Below, one piece after another: positions 29,327-39,226 of a DNA stretch of 64,000 nucleotides (position 1 is the stretch's first letter; each line of letters opens with the position of its first letter). The stretch is from Longimicrobiales bacterium (lineage in GTDB: Bacteria > Gemmatimonadota > Gemmatimonadetes > Longimicrobiales > Gaopeijiaceae): assembly GCA_965226375.1 (NCBI GenBank), contig CBDDCX010000008.1, positions 1,376,001-1,440,000 of the forward strand, written 5' to 3'. The notes under the pieces are model-generated. The model saw only the letters and a program-made list of their open reading frames with translations. It was not told the DNA's origin and searched no databases. The translations under genes were made by a program, and so were the position numbers.

Positions 29327-29875
29327 CTAGATGGCCATCACCTCCTTCTCCTTGAGCTGGAGCATTTCGTCGATCCTGTGGGAGTAATCATCCGTCAGCT
29401 TCTGAACTTCCTCGAGCTCGCGATGGCCCTCGTCCTCTCCCGTTTCGTGCTCCTTGATGGCCTCCTTGATATCCTCGTTGCCCACCCTGCGGGCATGGCG
29501 GATGGAGACCCTGCACTCCTCGGCCATCTGATGCAGGAGTTTGACGTATTCCTTGCGACGCTCCTCGTTCAGGGGCGGAATCGGCACACGGATCAGATTG
29601 CCGTCGTTGGCAGGATTGAGTCCCAGGTCGGCGATCATGATCGCCCGTTCAATATCTGCCAACAGTGCCTTGTCGTACGCCTGGATCACCAGGAGCGACG
29701 CCTCGGGCGCCGAGACGTTGGCCACCTGATTGAGGGGCATCTTCGAGCCGTAGGCGTCGACCCGTATGGTGTCGAGAAGGGCGGGGGTCGCCTTGCCCGT
29801 GCGGACGGTGGCGAACTCACGACGAAGCGCTTCGAGGGCATCGACCATCCGTGACCTGGCTTGCTCCAGCGACAT
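29327..29875 (-). CDS. frr: ribosome recycling factor
   Basis: RTGKATP, LGLNPANDG, PPLNEERRKE; GAGG before ATG 29875. Confidence 0.97.
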   Translation of the reverse strand: MSLEQARSRMVDALEALRREFATVRTGKATPALLDTIRVDAYGSKMPLNQVANVSAPEASLLVIQAYDKALLADIERAIMIADLGLNPANDGNLIRVPIPPLNEERRKEYVKLLHQMAEECRVSIRHARRVGNEDIKEAIKEHETGEDEGHRELEEVQKLTDDYSHRIDEMLQLKEKEVMAI

Positions 29876-29971
29876 AGCCACCTCTCTACGTGTGTTTTTC
29901 TCGAGCCCGACCAACGGGCCATCCCGAACGGAGGTAGTGACCCCCACGCCGAAGCCTCTCGACGATGGAGA

Positions 29972-30706
29972 CTAGGAAACCAGAGTCCCGACCTGCTCTC
30001 CCCGAATAGCAGCGGAAACGGCACCACGATCTTCCAGATTGAGGACGATGATCGGGAGACCGTTCTCTTTGCAAAGCGAAACGGCAGGGGCATCCATCAC
30101 GCCGAGTTCCCGGGTCACCACCTCCTGGAAAGTAATCGCCGGAATGAACTCTGCCGAGGGGTCGTGTACAGGATCCGCACTGTATATGCCCCTGACCTTA
30201 GTGGCCTTGATCACCACGTCCGAACTCATCTCGATGGCTCGCAATACGGCGGTCGTGTCGGTGGAGAAGTAGGGATTGCCCGTGCCGCCTGCAAAAATCA
30301 CCACTCTCCCCTTCTCCATGTGTCGGAGTGCCCTGCGGCGGATGTAGGGCTCGGCGACCTCTTCCATGCGGATGGCGGTCATGACCCTGGTGGCCACTCC
30401 CTTTCGCTCGAGCAAATCCTGCACCGCCAAGGCATTGATCACCGTCGAAAGCATTCCCATGTAGTCCGCCTGCACACGGTCCATGCCCTTCTGACTCGCG
30501 AGAGCTCCCCGGACGATGTTCCCTCCTCCGATCACCAATCCGAGGCTCACACCCATCTCGTGAACCGCCCCCACCTCGTCCGTGAGTCGATCAACCACCG
30601 ATGGCTCGATCCCGAAACCCTGGTCTCCGGCGAGAGCCTCGCCCGAGAGTTTGAGTAAGACTCTCTGATATTTCAGACCCGGGTTCGTAGCCATTTCGGT
30701 GCTCAA
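29972..30706 (-). CDS. pyrH: UMP kinase (alternative start ATG 30694)
   Basis: [33 protein letters not shown]. Confidence 0.97.
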   Translation of the reverse strand: MSTEMATNPGLKYQRVLLKLSGEALAGDQGFGIEPSVVDRLTDEVGAVHEMGVSLGLVIGGGNIVRGALASQKGMDRVQADYMGMLSTVINALAVQDLLERKGVATRVMTAIRMEEVAEPYIRRRALRHMEKGRVVIFAGGTGNPYFSTDTTAVLRAIEMSSDVVIKATKVRGIYSADPVHDPSAEFIPAITFQEVVTRELGVMDAPAVSLCKENGLPIIVLNLEDRGAVSAAIRGEQVGTLVS

Positions 30707-31302
30707 TCTCCCTCGCCGACCTTCATGCGGGCAAAGCGGCCGACCTCGATCTTCTCACCCGTCTTGGCCGATGTCTCAGTGATCAACTGCTCGATGGTTT
30801 GACCAGGATTCTTTACGAACGCCTGAGGCAGTAACGTGTTCTCTTTAAAGAACTTGTTTAGTTTTCCTTCAACTATTTTCTCGGAGATGTTGTCGGGCTT
30901 GCCCTCCTCCTTGACCTGCTCCAGATAGACCTTGCGCTCCCGCTCGACGATGTCGGCAGGGATGTCGTCGGGAGAAACCGCCATCGGAGCCGACGAGGCG
31001 ATATGGAGCGCCAGGTCCTTGGCGAGGCGTTTGAAGTCGTCCGTGTTCGCGACGAAGTCGGTTTCACAATTGACCTCGACGATCACGGCGGTCCGGCTGT
31101 CGAAGTGGACGTACGAGCCTATGGTACCCTCGTTCGCCGACTTCTCAGCCCGCTTGGCCGCTTTCGCGGCCCCCCTGGCGCGCAGAAGATCGATCGCCGC
31201 CTCAAGATCACCATCGGTCTCTACCAGCGCCTTCTTGCAGTCCATCATGCCCGCCCCGGTTCTATCGCGGAGGGCCTTCACATCCTTTGCAGAAATCGGC
31301 AT
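30703..31302 (-). CDS. tsf: elongation factor Ts, short form (~199 aa)
   Basis: [33 protein letters not shown]. Confidence 0.97.
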   Translation of the reverse strand: MPISAKDVKALRDRTGAGMMDCKKALVETDGDLEAAIDLLRARGAAKAAKRAEKSANEGTIGSYVHFDSRTAVIVEVNCETDFVANTDDFKRLAKDLALHIASSAPMAVSPDDIPADIVERERKVYLEQVKEEGKPDNISEKIVEGKLNKFFKENTLLPQAFVKNPGQTIEQLITETSAKTGEKIEVGRFARMKVGEGD

Positions 31303-31339
31303 TCGTTCAGTCCGTGTTACTCGAGTTGTTGTTCTGGTT

Positions 31340-31380
31340 AAGAGAAAGAGGCGGGAGCGCCCAGCTGCTCCGCCTCTCTC
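31340..31380 (-). terminator. hairpin/attenuator between rpsB and tsf
   Basis: GAGGCGGAGC...GCTCCCGCCTC followed by TTTCTCTT. Confidence 0.55.
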
Positions 31381-31417
31381 GACCCCAAGAAGCTCTGGGG
31401 CACTGTTACTGCGGTGC

Positions 31418-32482
31418 TCAGGACTCCGACTCAGCCTCACCCTGTTCAGCTTCGGTCTTCGTAGCGTCGTCAGCCACTTTTTCCTCAGAGGTGGCGGCCG
31501 CGCCTTCGTTGGCTACCGCAGCAGCCGCGTCTTGATCTGCTGCCTGGGCGGTTGCGCCTTCATCCGCTGGCTCGGCAGCTGGCACCTCATCCTTCGTCTG
31601 AGCCGCGGACGCCTCCTCCTTCGCTGCACCCCCGGCCTTGCCGCCCGTCTTCTCGGCGATCGCCTCGGGGAGAGGGTGTCGCTTCGAGCGTCGCCTGGCA
31701 GCCGGGCGACTCGAAGCCTCTGTGGTCTCACCGGTCTCCGTAGAATACGTCGTCGCCTGCGCCTCTTGAACCAACCGTTTTTGCTCAGCCGGCACCTGCG
31801 TGCTCGCGATCTGAACCGACTCGGCGATGGCCTTGGTGATCAGACCGACCGACCGAATCGCGTCGTCGTTGCCGGGCACCGGATAATCGATGAGATCGGG
31901 ATCGGCGTTCGTGTCCGTGATGGCGATGACCGGGATCCCGAGACGGTGCGCCTCGCGGACCGCGATCGCCTCACGCCGGACGTCGACCACGAACACGGCA
32001 CCTGGCAGCCGAGTCATGTCCTTCACACCCGACAGATACTTGTCGAGCTTTAGCCGTTCACGGTCGAGCAGGAGTCTCTCCTTCTTGGTGTAGAACTCGA
32101 AAGCGCTCTCCTCCTGGCCTCGCTCCAGCTCCTTCAGACGGCGGATCTGCTTGCGGATGGTCTGGAAGTTGGTGAGCATGCCGCCCAACCAGCGCTCGGT
32201 CACGTAATACGCGCCGCACGCCTCGGCCTCCTGCTCGATAATCCCCCGGAGCTGCCGCTTGGTGCACACGAAGAGCACGTGCTCGCCGGCCAGAACCACC
32301 TCCCGCACGGCCTGTTGAGCGGTGATCAAACGATCCAGAGTCTTACGCAGATCGATGATGTGGATGCCATTGCGCTCCGTGAAGATGTACTTACGCATCT
32401 TCGGATTCCAACGGCGAGTCTGGTGCCCGAAATGGACGCCAGCCTCAAGCAATTCGTTCAGGCCCACCTGCTGCTGCTGCAT
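31418..32482 (-). CDS. rpsB: 30S ribosomal protein S2 with Ala/Glu-rich C-terminal extension
   Basis: LLEAGVHFGHQTRRWNPKM, RWLGGMLTN, PGNDDAIRS. Confidence 0.98.
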   Translation of the reverse strand: MQQQQVGLNELLEAGVHFGHQTRRWNPKMRKYIFTERNGIHIIDLRKTLDRLITAQQAVREVVLAGEHVLFVCTKRQLRGIIEQEAEACGAYYVTERWLGGMLTNFQTIRKQIRRLKELERGQEESAFEFYTKKERLLLDRERLKLDKYLSGVKDMTRLPGAVFVVDVRREAIAVREAHRLGIPVIAITDTNADPDLIDYPVPGNDDAIRSVGLITKAIAESVQIASTQVPAEQKRLVQEAQATTYSTETGETTEASSRPAARRRSKRHPLPEAIAEKTGGKAGGAAKEEASAAQTKDEVPAAEPADEGATAQAADQDAAAAVANEGAAATSEEKVADDATKTEAEQGEAESES

Positions 32483-32503
32483 GTATCTCTTCGTCTCGAC
32501 GTT

Positions 32504-32896
32504 TTAACGCTTGGAGAACTGGAAGCGCTTCCGGGCCTTGGGGCGACCGGGCTTCTTCCTCTCGACCTTCCGGGAATCTCGGGTGAGGAACCCACCCGCC
32601 CGCAACACCGGACGGAGCTCCTCATCCCGCTCTAACAACGCCCTGGCGAGGCCCATGCGGACGGCGTCGGCTTGACCCGTCGGGCCACCACCTCGAACGC
32701 GGACAGTGATATCGAACTGTCCTTCCATCTCCACCGCCTTGAGCGGATGCTCGATGCGTTGTTGATGAGTCCACCGAGGAAAATAGTCTACCAGGGTGCG
32801 CGAGTTGACCGACCAATCGCCTTTGCCGGGCTTGAGCGCCACGCGGGCAACGGCCGTCTTACGCCGGCCCACTGTCTGAATCTTGTCTTCCGCCAT
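32504..32896 (-). CDS. rpsI: 30S ribosomal protein S9
   Basis: GRRKTAVARV, GGG.TGQA, ERKKPG..KARK.FQFSKR. Confidence 0.99.
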   Translation of the reverse strand: MAEDKIQTVGRRKTAVARVALKPGKGDWSVNSRTLVDYFPRWTHQQRIEHPLKAVEMEGQFDITVRVRGGGPTGQADAVRMGLARALLERDEELRPVLRAGGFLTRDSRKVERKKPGRPKARKRFQFSKR

Positions 32897-32912
32897 TAAA
32901 TCGTTTTTCCGC

Positions 32913-33341
32913 TCAGAGCTCTAGGTGCTGAGGGTGCTGACTCTCATGCGGGTGCTCGGCACCCGCGTAGACCTTCAGCTTCTTACGCATATGTCGTCCA
33001 AGGGTATTCTTGGGAAGCATGCCCCTGACGGCCAATTGGATCACCCGATCCGGATGTCTCTCGATCATGCGCCGGAACGGGATGTGCTTCTCATGGCCCA
33101 TGTAACCCGAATGCCTGAAGTAGGTCTTCTGATCGGCCTTGTTGCCGGTCAACGCGACCTTCTCGGCATTGATCACCACGACGTAATCGCCCACATCGAG
33201 ATGAGGGGTGAACATTGGCTTGTGTTTTCCACGAATAATGCGCGCCACTTCAGTGGCGAGACGACCGAGGGTCTTCCCCTCCGCGTCGACGACCCACCAG
33301 GCGCGTTCGATTTCGTCAGCTTTCGGAGTGTATGTCTTCAC
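32913..33341 (-). CDS. rplM: 50S ribosomal protein L13
   Basis: WWVVDA, LGRLA, GKHKP.FTPH.D.GD, GMLPKN. Confidence 0.99.
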   Translation of the reverse strand: MKTYTPKADEIERAWWVVDAEGKTLGRLATEVARIIRGKHKPMFTPHLDVGDYVVVINAEKVALTGNKADQKTYFRHSGYMGHEKHIPFRRMIERHPDRVIQLAVRGMLPKNTLGRHMRKKLKVYAGAEHPHESQHPQHLEL

Positions 33342-33377
33342 CGTGTTCCCACGCATTGCTAAGCGACAGAACTATCA

Positions 33378-33406
33378 AGGATAGTAGAGGCCGCGAGGGG
33401 TGTCAA
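33378..33406 (-). promoter_or_regulatory. sigma-70-type promoter of rplM operon
   Basis: TTGACA-17nt-TATCCT. Confidence 0.75.
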
Positions 33407-33517
33407 CGGGGGAAAGGGCAGCGTTTCCGGGGGGTTTCGCTGGGGCCAGACCCTCGACCATGTCGTCGCAGACGACGGGTCACTCGGGGCTCGACAGCCA
33501 CCCCGGCCCACCGAGCA

Positions 33518-34375
33518 TTACTCCTGGAAAAAGGTCTCCAGAAAGCGCGCTCTGGACGCATGCCGAAGACGCAGCAAAGCCTTCTCTTTGATCTGGCGGA
33601 CCCGCTCTCTGGTGATCCCCCACAAGGACCCGATCTCTTCCAGGGTCATCGGTTCTTGATCGTCCAATCCGAAGTACAGCCTGAGGATCTTCGCCTCTCG
33701 TTCCTTCAGGGTGGACAGCGCATCTTCGACGCTGTCCTTCAGAGCGTGCTCATACGCTTCGTCCTCCGGGCCCGGTGAGTACTGATCCGGTAGGTAGTCG
33801 AGAAGCCTATTGTCCTCGCCCGGCGTAATGGGCGCATCAAGCGACAGGTGGGACTGAGAAATCGCGAGGGTGCGCTCCACCTCTTCCTCGGAGATGTCGA
33901 GGTCCTGGGCGATCTCCTCGACGGTAGGCTCACGACCCAGCTCCTGCAAAAGGGCCGAAGTCCGACGTCCGATCCGATGGAGGGCACCCGCACGATTGAG
34001 AGGGACCCTGACGATCCGGCTCTGCTCGGCCAGCGCCTGGAGAATGGCCTGCCGAATCCACCACACGGCGTAACTGATGAACTTGATGCCCTTGGTCTCA
34101 TCGAACTTATGGGCCGCCCTGATGAGGCCGAGGTTACCCTCGTTGATCAGATCGGAGAGGGGTACACCTTGATTCTGATACTTCTTGGCGACCGAAACGA
34201 CGAATCGGAGATTGGAGCGGACGAGCTTGTTTAGCGCCTCTTCCTCGCCCCGCCTGATGCCCTTGGCGAGCCGTACCTCTTCGGCCTTGTCGATCAGCGG
34301 ATACTGGCTGATCTCTTTGAGGTACTGATCGAGCGATCCTTCCCGGAAAGAACCCCGACGGGAAGGAAAACTCAT
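33518..34375 (-). CDS. RpoD/SigA-family sigma factor lacking region 1.1
   Basis: NLRFVVSVAKKY, DLINEGNLGL, FISYAVWWIRQAI, TLEEIG...ITRERVRQI. Confidence 0.95.
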   Translation of the reverse strand: MSFPSRRGSFREGSLDQYLKEISQYPLIDKAEEVRLAKGIRRGEEEALNKLVRSNLRFVVSVAKKYQNQGVPLSDLINEGNLGLIRAAHKFDETKGIKFISYAVWWIRQAILQALAEQSRIVRVPLNRAGALHRIGRRTSALLQELGREPTVEEIAQDLDISEEEVERTLAISQSHLSLDAPITPGEDNRLLDYLPDQYSPGPEDEAYEHALKDSVEDALSTLKEREAKILRLYFGLDDQEPMTLEEIGSLWGITRERVRQIKEKALLRLRHASRARFLETFFQE

Positions 34376-34535
34376 CTAGTCCCTCCGTCGTTTACGGGTC
34401 TCGTCACGTCCCCGCCCGGAACGGGGGGGCACCGAAGCAAGCAAATGATACGGCGCGGCGCTCGTTGCGCAACCGCCCCAACGCAGAATCTTCGGGCGAG
34501 TCTTGGGTGTCGCTCGACAACCCGAGACAGCATCG

Positions 34536-35282
34536 TCAGCGTATTCGGCCGCCTACCCGATCCCACCGCACGGCCCGCAACCAGGGAGGTCGTTGTTCGC
34601 TCGTGGCGTCGAAGGAAAAATAGACGATCCAGGGCTGACCGCGGATCGCCCCCCTGTCTACGAATCCCCAGTAACGCGAGTCCTCGCTATTGTCGCGGTT
34701 GTCTCCAAGCACGAAGTAACTGCTGTCCGGAACGGCAAGGGGACCCCAGTTGTCGCGCGACGGTCGATACTCGCCACCTCGACCGCGCCGGCGGACCGTC
34801 TCTTCGGCCAACAGATGATTACTCTGCCATTTCATGTTGGGGTGAATGGCGTCGGTGCCGCTGCGGTCGATATAGCGCGCGAGATCCTCATTCATCTCGG
34901 CGCCGTTCAAATAGAGCGCCTTGTCCCTCATTTCGAGGGTGTCGCCGGGCAGGCCCACCACCCGCTTCACGTATTTCTTGAGGGGATCATGCGGAGGCTT
35001 GAATACCACCACGTCGCCTCGGCGTGGTTCTTTCACTGCGGGCAGGGTCATCCCAAGCCAGGGTACCTCGGCTCCGTATACGGCCTTGTTGACCAGCAGG
35101 AAGTCCCCCACCAGGAGCGTCCCCTCCATGGAGGACGTGGGGATCTTGAACGCCTCGACAAGGAAAGTACGGACGAGCAGAAACAGTATCAGGGCAAAAA
35201 AAAGCGACCTGGTCCAATCCCAAATTATCCGGAGCGGGCCCGCACTCCCTTGTTCTCGAGCCGCGTTCCCTTCGTCACTCAT
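34536..35282 (-). CDS. lepB: signal peptidase I
   Basis: IPTSSM, YVKRVVGLPGD, GDNRDNSEDSRYWG. Confidence 0.96.
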   Translation of the reverse strand: MSDEGNAAREQGSAGPLRIIWDWTRSLFFALILFLLVRTFLVEAFKIPTSSMEGTLLVGDFLLVNKAVYGAEVPWLGMTLPAVKEPRRGDVVVFKPPHDPLKKYVKRVVGLPGDTLEMRDKALYLNGAEMNEDLARYIDRSGTDAIHPNMKWQSNHLLAEETVRRRGRGGEYRPSRDNWGPLAVPDSSYFVLGDNRDNSEDSRYWGFVDRGAIRGQPWIVYFSFDATSEQRPPWLRAVRWDRVGGRIR

Positions 35283-35554
35283 GTGTCATCCTTTACTCGA
35301 GCTCGATGCCTTCGACCACTTCCAGACACTCTCTCGGAAGGCGACACACCCAGCCCCCCTACCCGGCCACCTTCGATGCGTGGGAATCCAAAATACACGG
35401 GCGCAAGGCCTCCGTTCCAGCACGGTCACGAGGGCACGTCACTTCTCGAGCCTTCCCCCGAGAGGGGACCTGAGCCTAGTCTAGTAATAGCAGGTTGGTG
35501 TCGATCACGCCGTGCCAGGCCGGATCGGGTCGCGAGCATCGAAAGAAGAGCGTC

Positions 35555-36339
35555 GTGCGCGGAAAAGTCTCTCCAGTCTCGTTCGTCGTCCTGATCGCTG
35601 TCTTCGCCGTGGGCGTGAACGTGTTGCGCGACCGAGTGGCCATTTTCGGAGGCGGAGCGGGAGACAACACCGAAGGGACGTCCGAGTGCCCGGCAGGCGA
35701 CCCGTCGTTCTGCGATGAAGGTATCTTGGCCGGCCCCAACGCTGCGCGAGTCATTCTCCAGGCCAGCGAGACCTGCAAGGACGTCGGCTATCTCTGCGCC
35801 GAGCTCGAGGAATCAGACGTACAGCGCACGTATCGGTGGCCCGACGGCACCGCACGGCTGCGCATCCGTATCCCCCCCCTCCAGGTGCGGATCGAAACCG
35901 GGTTCGGGACCTCCAACGCGCAGCGGTCCGTGGCTTTCAGTACTGGAGTCGCAAGCCCTTCGAGCTGATTATCGATTCCCGCACGACGTCTTCGGAGCCG
36001 GCCGACATTACGGTCTCATGGAATTCGGGTCTCTCGGGATCTCAACTCGGAGTGACGCGCGTCGAGTGGCGCTTCGAGAACGGCGAGCCGCACTTCCGTG
36101 TGCATACGCTGACCTTGGCAACCCGAAACCGGATGAACTGGCGTCAGGATCTGACCCCGCAGCAGATCCTTCTCACCGCAGCGCACGAAATGGGCCACGC
36201 CCTGGGAGTGCCCCACAGCGACTCACCCCGCGACGTCATGTATCCCACCAACACCGCGCGTAGTCTCTCGACGAGGGACTTCAGGACGTTGGACGCGTTG
36301 TACAACCTGCCCAACGGAGCCGAGATCAGGAAGAACTAG
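35555..36339 (+). pseudogene. matrixin/metzincin-type metalloprotease split by frameshift at C8 run (35872-35879)
   Basis: N-part (TM + 4 Cys) and C-part (HEMGHALGVPH, DVMYP Met-turn) in different frames; one extra C joins them. Confidence 0.8.
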
Positions 36340-36398
36340 TGTGGTGTAACAGAAGCCATGCTGCCATTCGGACGCTACCAGATTTCTGCTACACCACC

Positions 36399-37763
36399 CT
36401 AGAGGTCGTCGCGAGTCAGGCCGTATTTTTCGATTTTCTTGTACAGGTTCGAGCGTGGCATATCGATCCGGCGCGCCGTTTCGCTGACGTTCCAGTCGTT
36501 CTCCCGGAGCTTGTGGGTGATGTAGACGAGCTCCGCCTGCTCCTTGAAGTCACCAAACGTGTCGGTACCCAGAAGCGCCATGCCCAAACCATCCCCGGCG
36601 GTGGAACCACCAACGAGTGCATCCACATCGACCGCCCTTACGACCTCTCCGGGTGACAAAATGAGCAGTCTCTCAACCGTGTTCTTCAACTCTCGCACGT
36701 TACCAGGCCACTCCAGGACCTCGAGCCGTTCGAGCGCTCCCTCCTCCAGAATCTTGGGAGCGACGTGGGTCACCCCCACCGCCTGCCCGACAAAGTGGGC
36801 GACGAGGGCGCGGATGTCCTCCGGCCGTTCCCGCAGCGGGGGCACTACGATCGGCACTACGTTCAGTCGGTAGAAGAGATCTTCCCTGAATCTTCCTTCG
36901 GCGATCTCAATCGGCAGCTTCTTGTTCGTGGCGGCGATCACACGGACGTCGACCTGGATGGCCTTGGATCCGCCCACCCGGGTAATCACACCCTCTTCCA
37001 GGGCCCGAAGCACCTTGGCCTGAGCGGCCAGAGACATATCTCCGATTTCGTCCAGGAACAGGGTGCCTTGATGTGCCTGCTGGAACGTACCTGCTCGATC
37101 CGCCACGGCACCGGTGAAGGAGCCCTTCATGTGTCCGAACAGCTCAGATTCTATGAGCTCCGAGGGAATCGCGGCGCAGTTCACCTCCACGAAAGGGGCG
37201 TCTTGCCGGGCCGAGAGGCGATGAATGCCTCGTGCCACGAGCTCCTTACCCGTTCCATTCTCCCCCATGACGAGCACGCGTGCATCCGTCCCCGCCACCC
37301 GTTCGATTCGCTCCAACACGCCCCGAATCGAAGCCGAGTCCCCGACCATCCGGTACCGGTCATCGACTTCGTTGCGGAGCAGCTCGACACTGTGGCTGAG
37401 CCCTCGGAGCTCAAGGACATTTCGCAGACTCAGTAGAAGGCGGTCGGTATCGAGGGGCTTCTCCAGAAAGTCGAAGGCCCCCTTCCGCGTGGCATCGACG
37501 GCCGTGTCGATCGTGCCGTGGCCACTGATCATGACCACGTAGGCTCCCGGATCCACTTTACGGATACGGGAGAGCACCTCGAGACCGTCCAAGCCCGACA
37601 TCTTTACGTCGAGGAAGGTGACGTCGGGGCCGAACGACTGGAACAAATCGGTGGCCTCGGGACCGTCGGCAGCCGTCTTGACCTCATGCCCCTCGTACTC
37701 GAAGACCTGCCTGAGGGCGTGGCGGATGGACTCTTCGTCGTCGACGATCAGAATTCGTGACAT
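36399..37763 (-). CDS. sigma-54-dependent response regulator (NtrC/NtrX-like)
   Basis: REC domain, GENGTGKE, ESELFGH..GSFTGA, LFLDEIG, FREDLFYRLNV, Fis-type HTH. Confidence 0.95.
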   Translation of the reverse strand: MSRILIVDDEESIRHALRQVFEYEGHEVKTAADGPEATDLFQSFGPDVTFLDVKMSGLDGLEVLSRIRKVDPGAYVVMISGHGTIDTAVDATRKGAFDFLEKPLDTDRLLLSLRNVLELRGLSHSVELLRNEVDDRYRMVGDSASIRGVLERIERVAGTDARVLVMGENGTGKELVARGIHRLSARQDAPFVEVNCAAIPSELIESELFGHMKGSFTGAVADRAGTFQQAHQGTLFLDEIGDMSLAAQAKVLRALEEGVITRVGGSKAIQVDVRVIAATNKKLPIEIAEGRFREDLFYRLNVVPIVVPPLRERPEDIRALVAHFVGQAVGVTHVAPKILEEGALERLEVLEWPGNVRELKNTVERLLILSPGEVVRAVDVDALVGGSTAGDGLGMALLGTDTFGDFKEQAELVYITHKLRENDWNVSETARRIDMPRSNLYKKIEKYGLTRDDL

Positions 37764-37789
37764 GCGTGTGCCGGGCTGGTTCCGTTCCC

Positions 37790-38452
37790 TCAGCGATCGC
37801 TTACGAGTACAAGACTGTCGCGGAGGATATAGGCGGACTCGAGTCCGTCGGGAAGCGGTATGGCAATGGCATCGTCGGGCAGTCCACCCACATACTCTCT
37901 ACCCAGGGCCTCCAGAATTTCTGGGATCATACGGTCGGGAAGCGGTATGAATCCCGCCTGCACTCGGTGGATGACAAGGGCATCCCAGCGCTCGTCGTCC
38001 AAGGGCGCAAGCGCACCGTCGAAGGAGACCTCGAGAGTGTCGGGCAGAAAGCCCAGAATGGCGTTCAAATCAGGCATCTGCGGGAAGGCAGCGATCGCCA
38101 CGCGAGCCAATAGGGTTATGACACCGTCCTTTATCGCGATCCGCGGCTCACCGATCCCCGCCGGGATGATGCCCGGGACCGAATAGCGAATGACGGATTC
38201 GATTTCGCTGGCACTCAGGGCCAACTGTCCTCCCACCTCCCCACGCCGTAACGCCTCGAACCGATCCATGGTGGCCTCGGCGAGTTCGGGCGACGCGACG
38301 ACCCCGGGAACGTCTTGCCCGCTGGAAAACAAAGCGGTCACCTGTGGGAAGAATGAGGGCCCCCAACGCCATCCCACATAGGCGGCCCCAACCAGCAGCA
38401 CCCCGAGAACGATCTTCCCGAGGCAGCTCTTCAAGCAGCCGAATCCGAGCAC
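37790..38452 (-). CDS. hypothetical membrane-anchored protein
   Basis: N-terminal TM segment; tight spacing between thpR and regulator. Confidence 0.7.
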   Translation of the reverse strand: MLGFGCLKSCLGKIVLGVLLVGAAYVGWRWGPSFFPQVTALFSSGQDVPGVVASPELAEATMDRFEALRRGEVGGQLALSASEIESVIRYSVPGIIPAGIGEPRIAIKDGVITLLARVAIAAFPQMPDLNAILGFLPDTLEVSFDGALAPLDDERWDALVIHRVQAGFIPLPDRMIPEILEALGREYVGGLPDDAIAIPLPDGLESAYILRDSLVLVSDR

Positions 38453-38455
38453 CGC

Positions 38456-39013
38456 CTACCCCTCGAAAGTGGTACTGCGATGGAGGGTGTAGCGTGCTCC
38501 CGCCTTTGAAAGGCGGCTCCTCATCAGGTCGAGCTTCCGAACCTTGATCTCGCCTTTATAGGTCAAGGCTGCCGCCCTCTCATCCAGCCCGCGAAAAGCT
38601 CCAGCCCCGTTTTGCGCCTCCGCCCGTCCAAGGGTGAGATGGGGGTGAAACGCCCGAGTCTCGCGATTGAATCCACAGTCAGTGAGTGCCCACTCTAGGT
38701 CTTGCTTCAGACAACGGAGAGCGGGCGTGGGCTCGACTCCGACCCAGATGACTTGCGGCCTACGGATGGTCGGAAAAGCCCCGCACCCACTGACCGCAAG
38801 CTCGAGGGTACCCGTCGCCTGCGCTACACGGCCAACCGCCTGTTCCACGACTTCGATAGGCTCGTCCGCGACATCACCAAGGAACTTCAGAGTGATGTGG
38901 TATTTGTCGGGCTCCACCCAACGCACCGGCAGTCCGAGTCTCGGAGAACGCGAGCTGCGCGATATGCGGTCCTTTTCCTTCTTTGACAGATTGAGGGCTA
39001 CGAAGAGGCGCAT
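38456..39013 (-). CDS. thpR: RNA 2',3'-cyclic phosphodiesterase
   Basis: MRLFVAL, HITLKFLG, FHPHLTLGR (2H motifs). Confidence 0.93.
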   Translation of the reverse strand: MRLFVALNLSKKEKDRISRSSRSPRLGLPVRWVEPDKYHITLKFLGDVADEPIEVVEQAVGRVAQATGTLELAVSGCGAFPTIRRPQVIWVGVEPTPALRCLKQDLEWALTDCGFNRETRAFHPHLTLGRAEAQNGAGAFRGLDERAAALTYKGEIKVRKLDLMRSRLSKAGARYTLHRSTTFEG

Positions 39014-39226
39014 GCTGGGGATCACACCCTAGAAAGTTTGAGAATGAGTCGGACCTCCACGAATACTTGACAGCACGACCTTACCGCTCCGTCGCTGCGA
39101 AAAAATACCGGGTTGCTCCAGCGCTAACAACTGCCTGACCGCAAAAAAACGGGGTAACTGCTCAGAAGTGGGCCTGTGCGAAGCCGAAGTCGGCGGTACA
39201 GATGCCTGTGCGGCTCTCGCAAGCGG

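Noticed and set aside
39090..39160. Two A-tract motifs upstream of thpR
   Set aside because: Too short and degenerate to call a binding site
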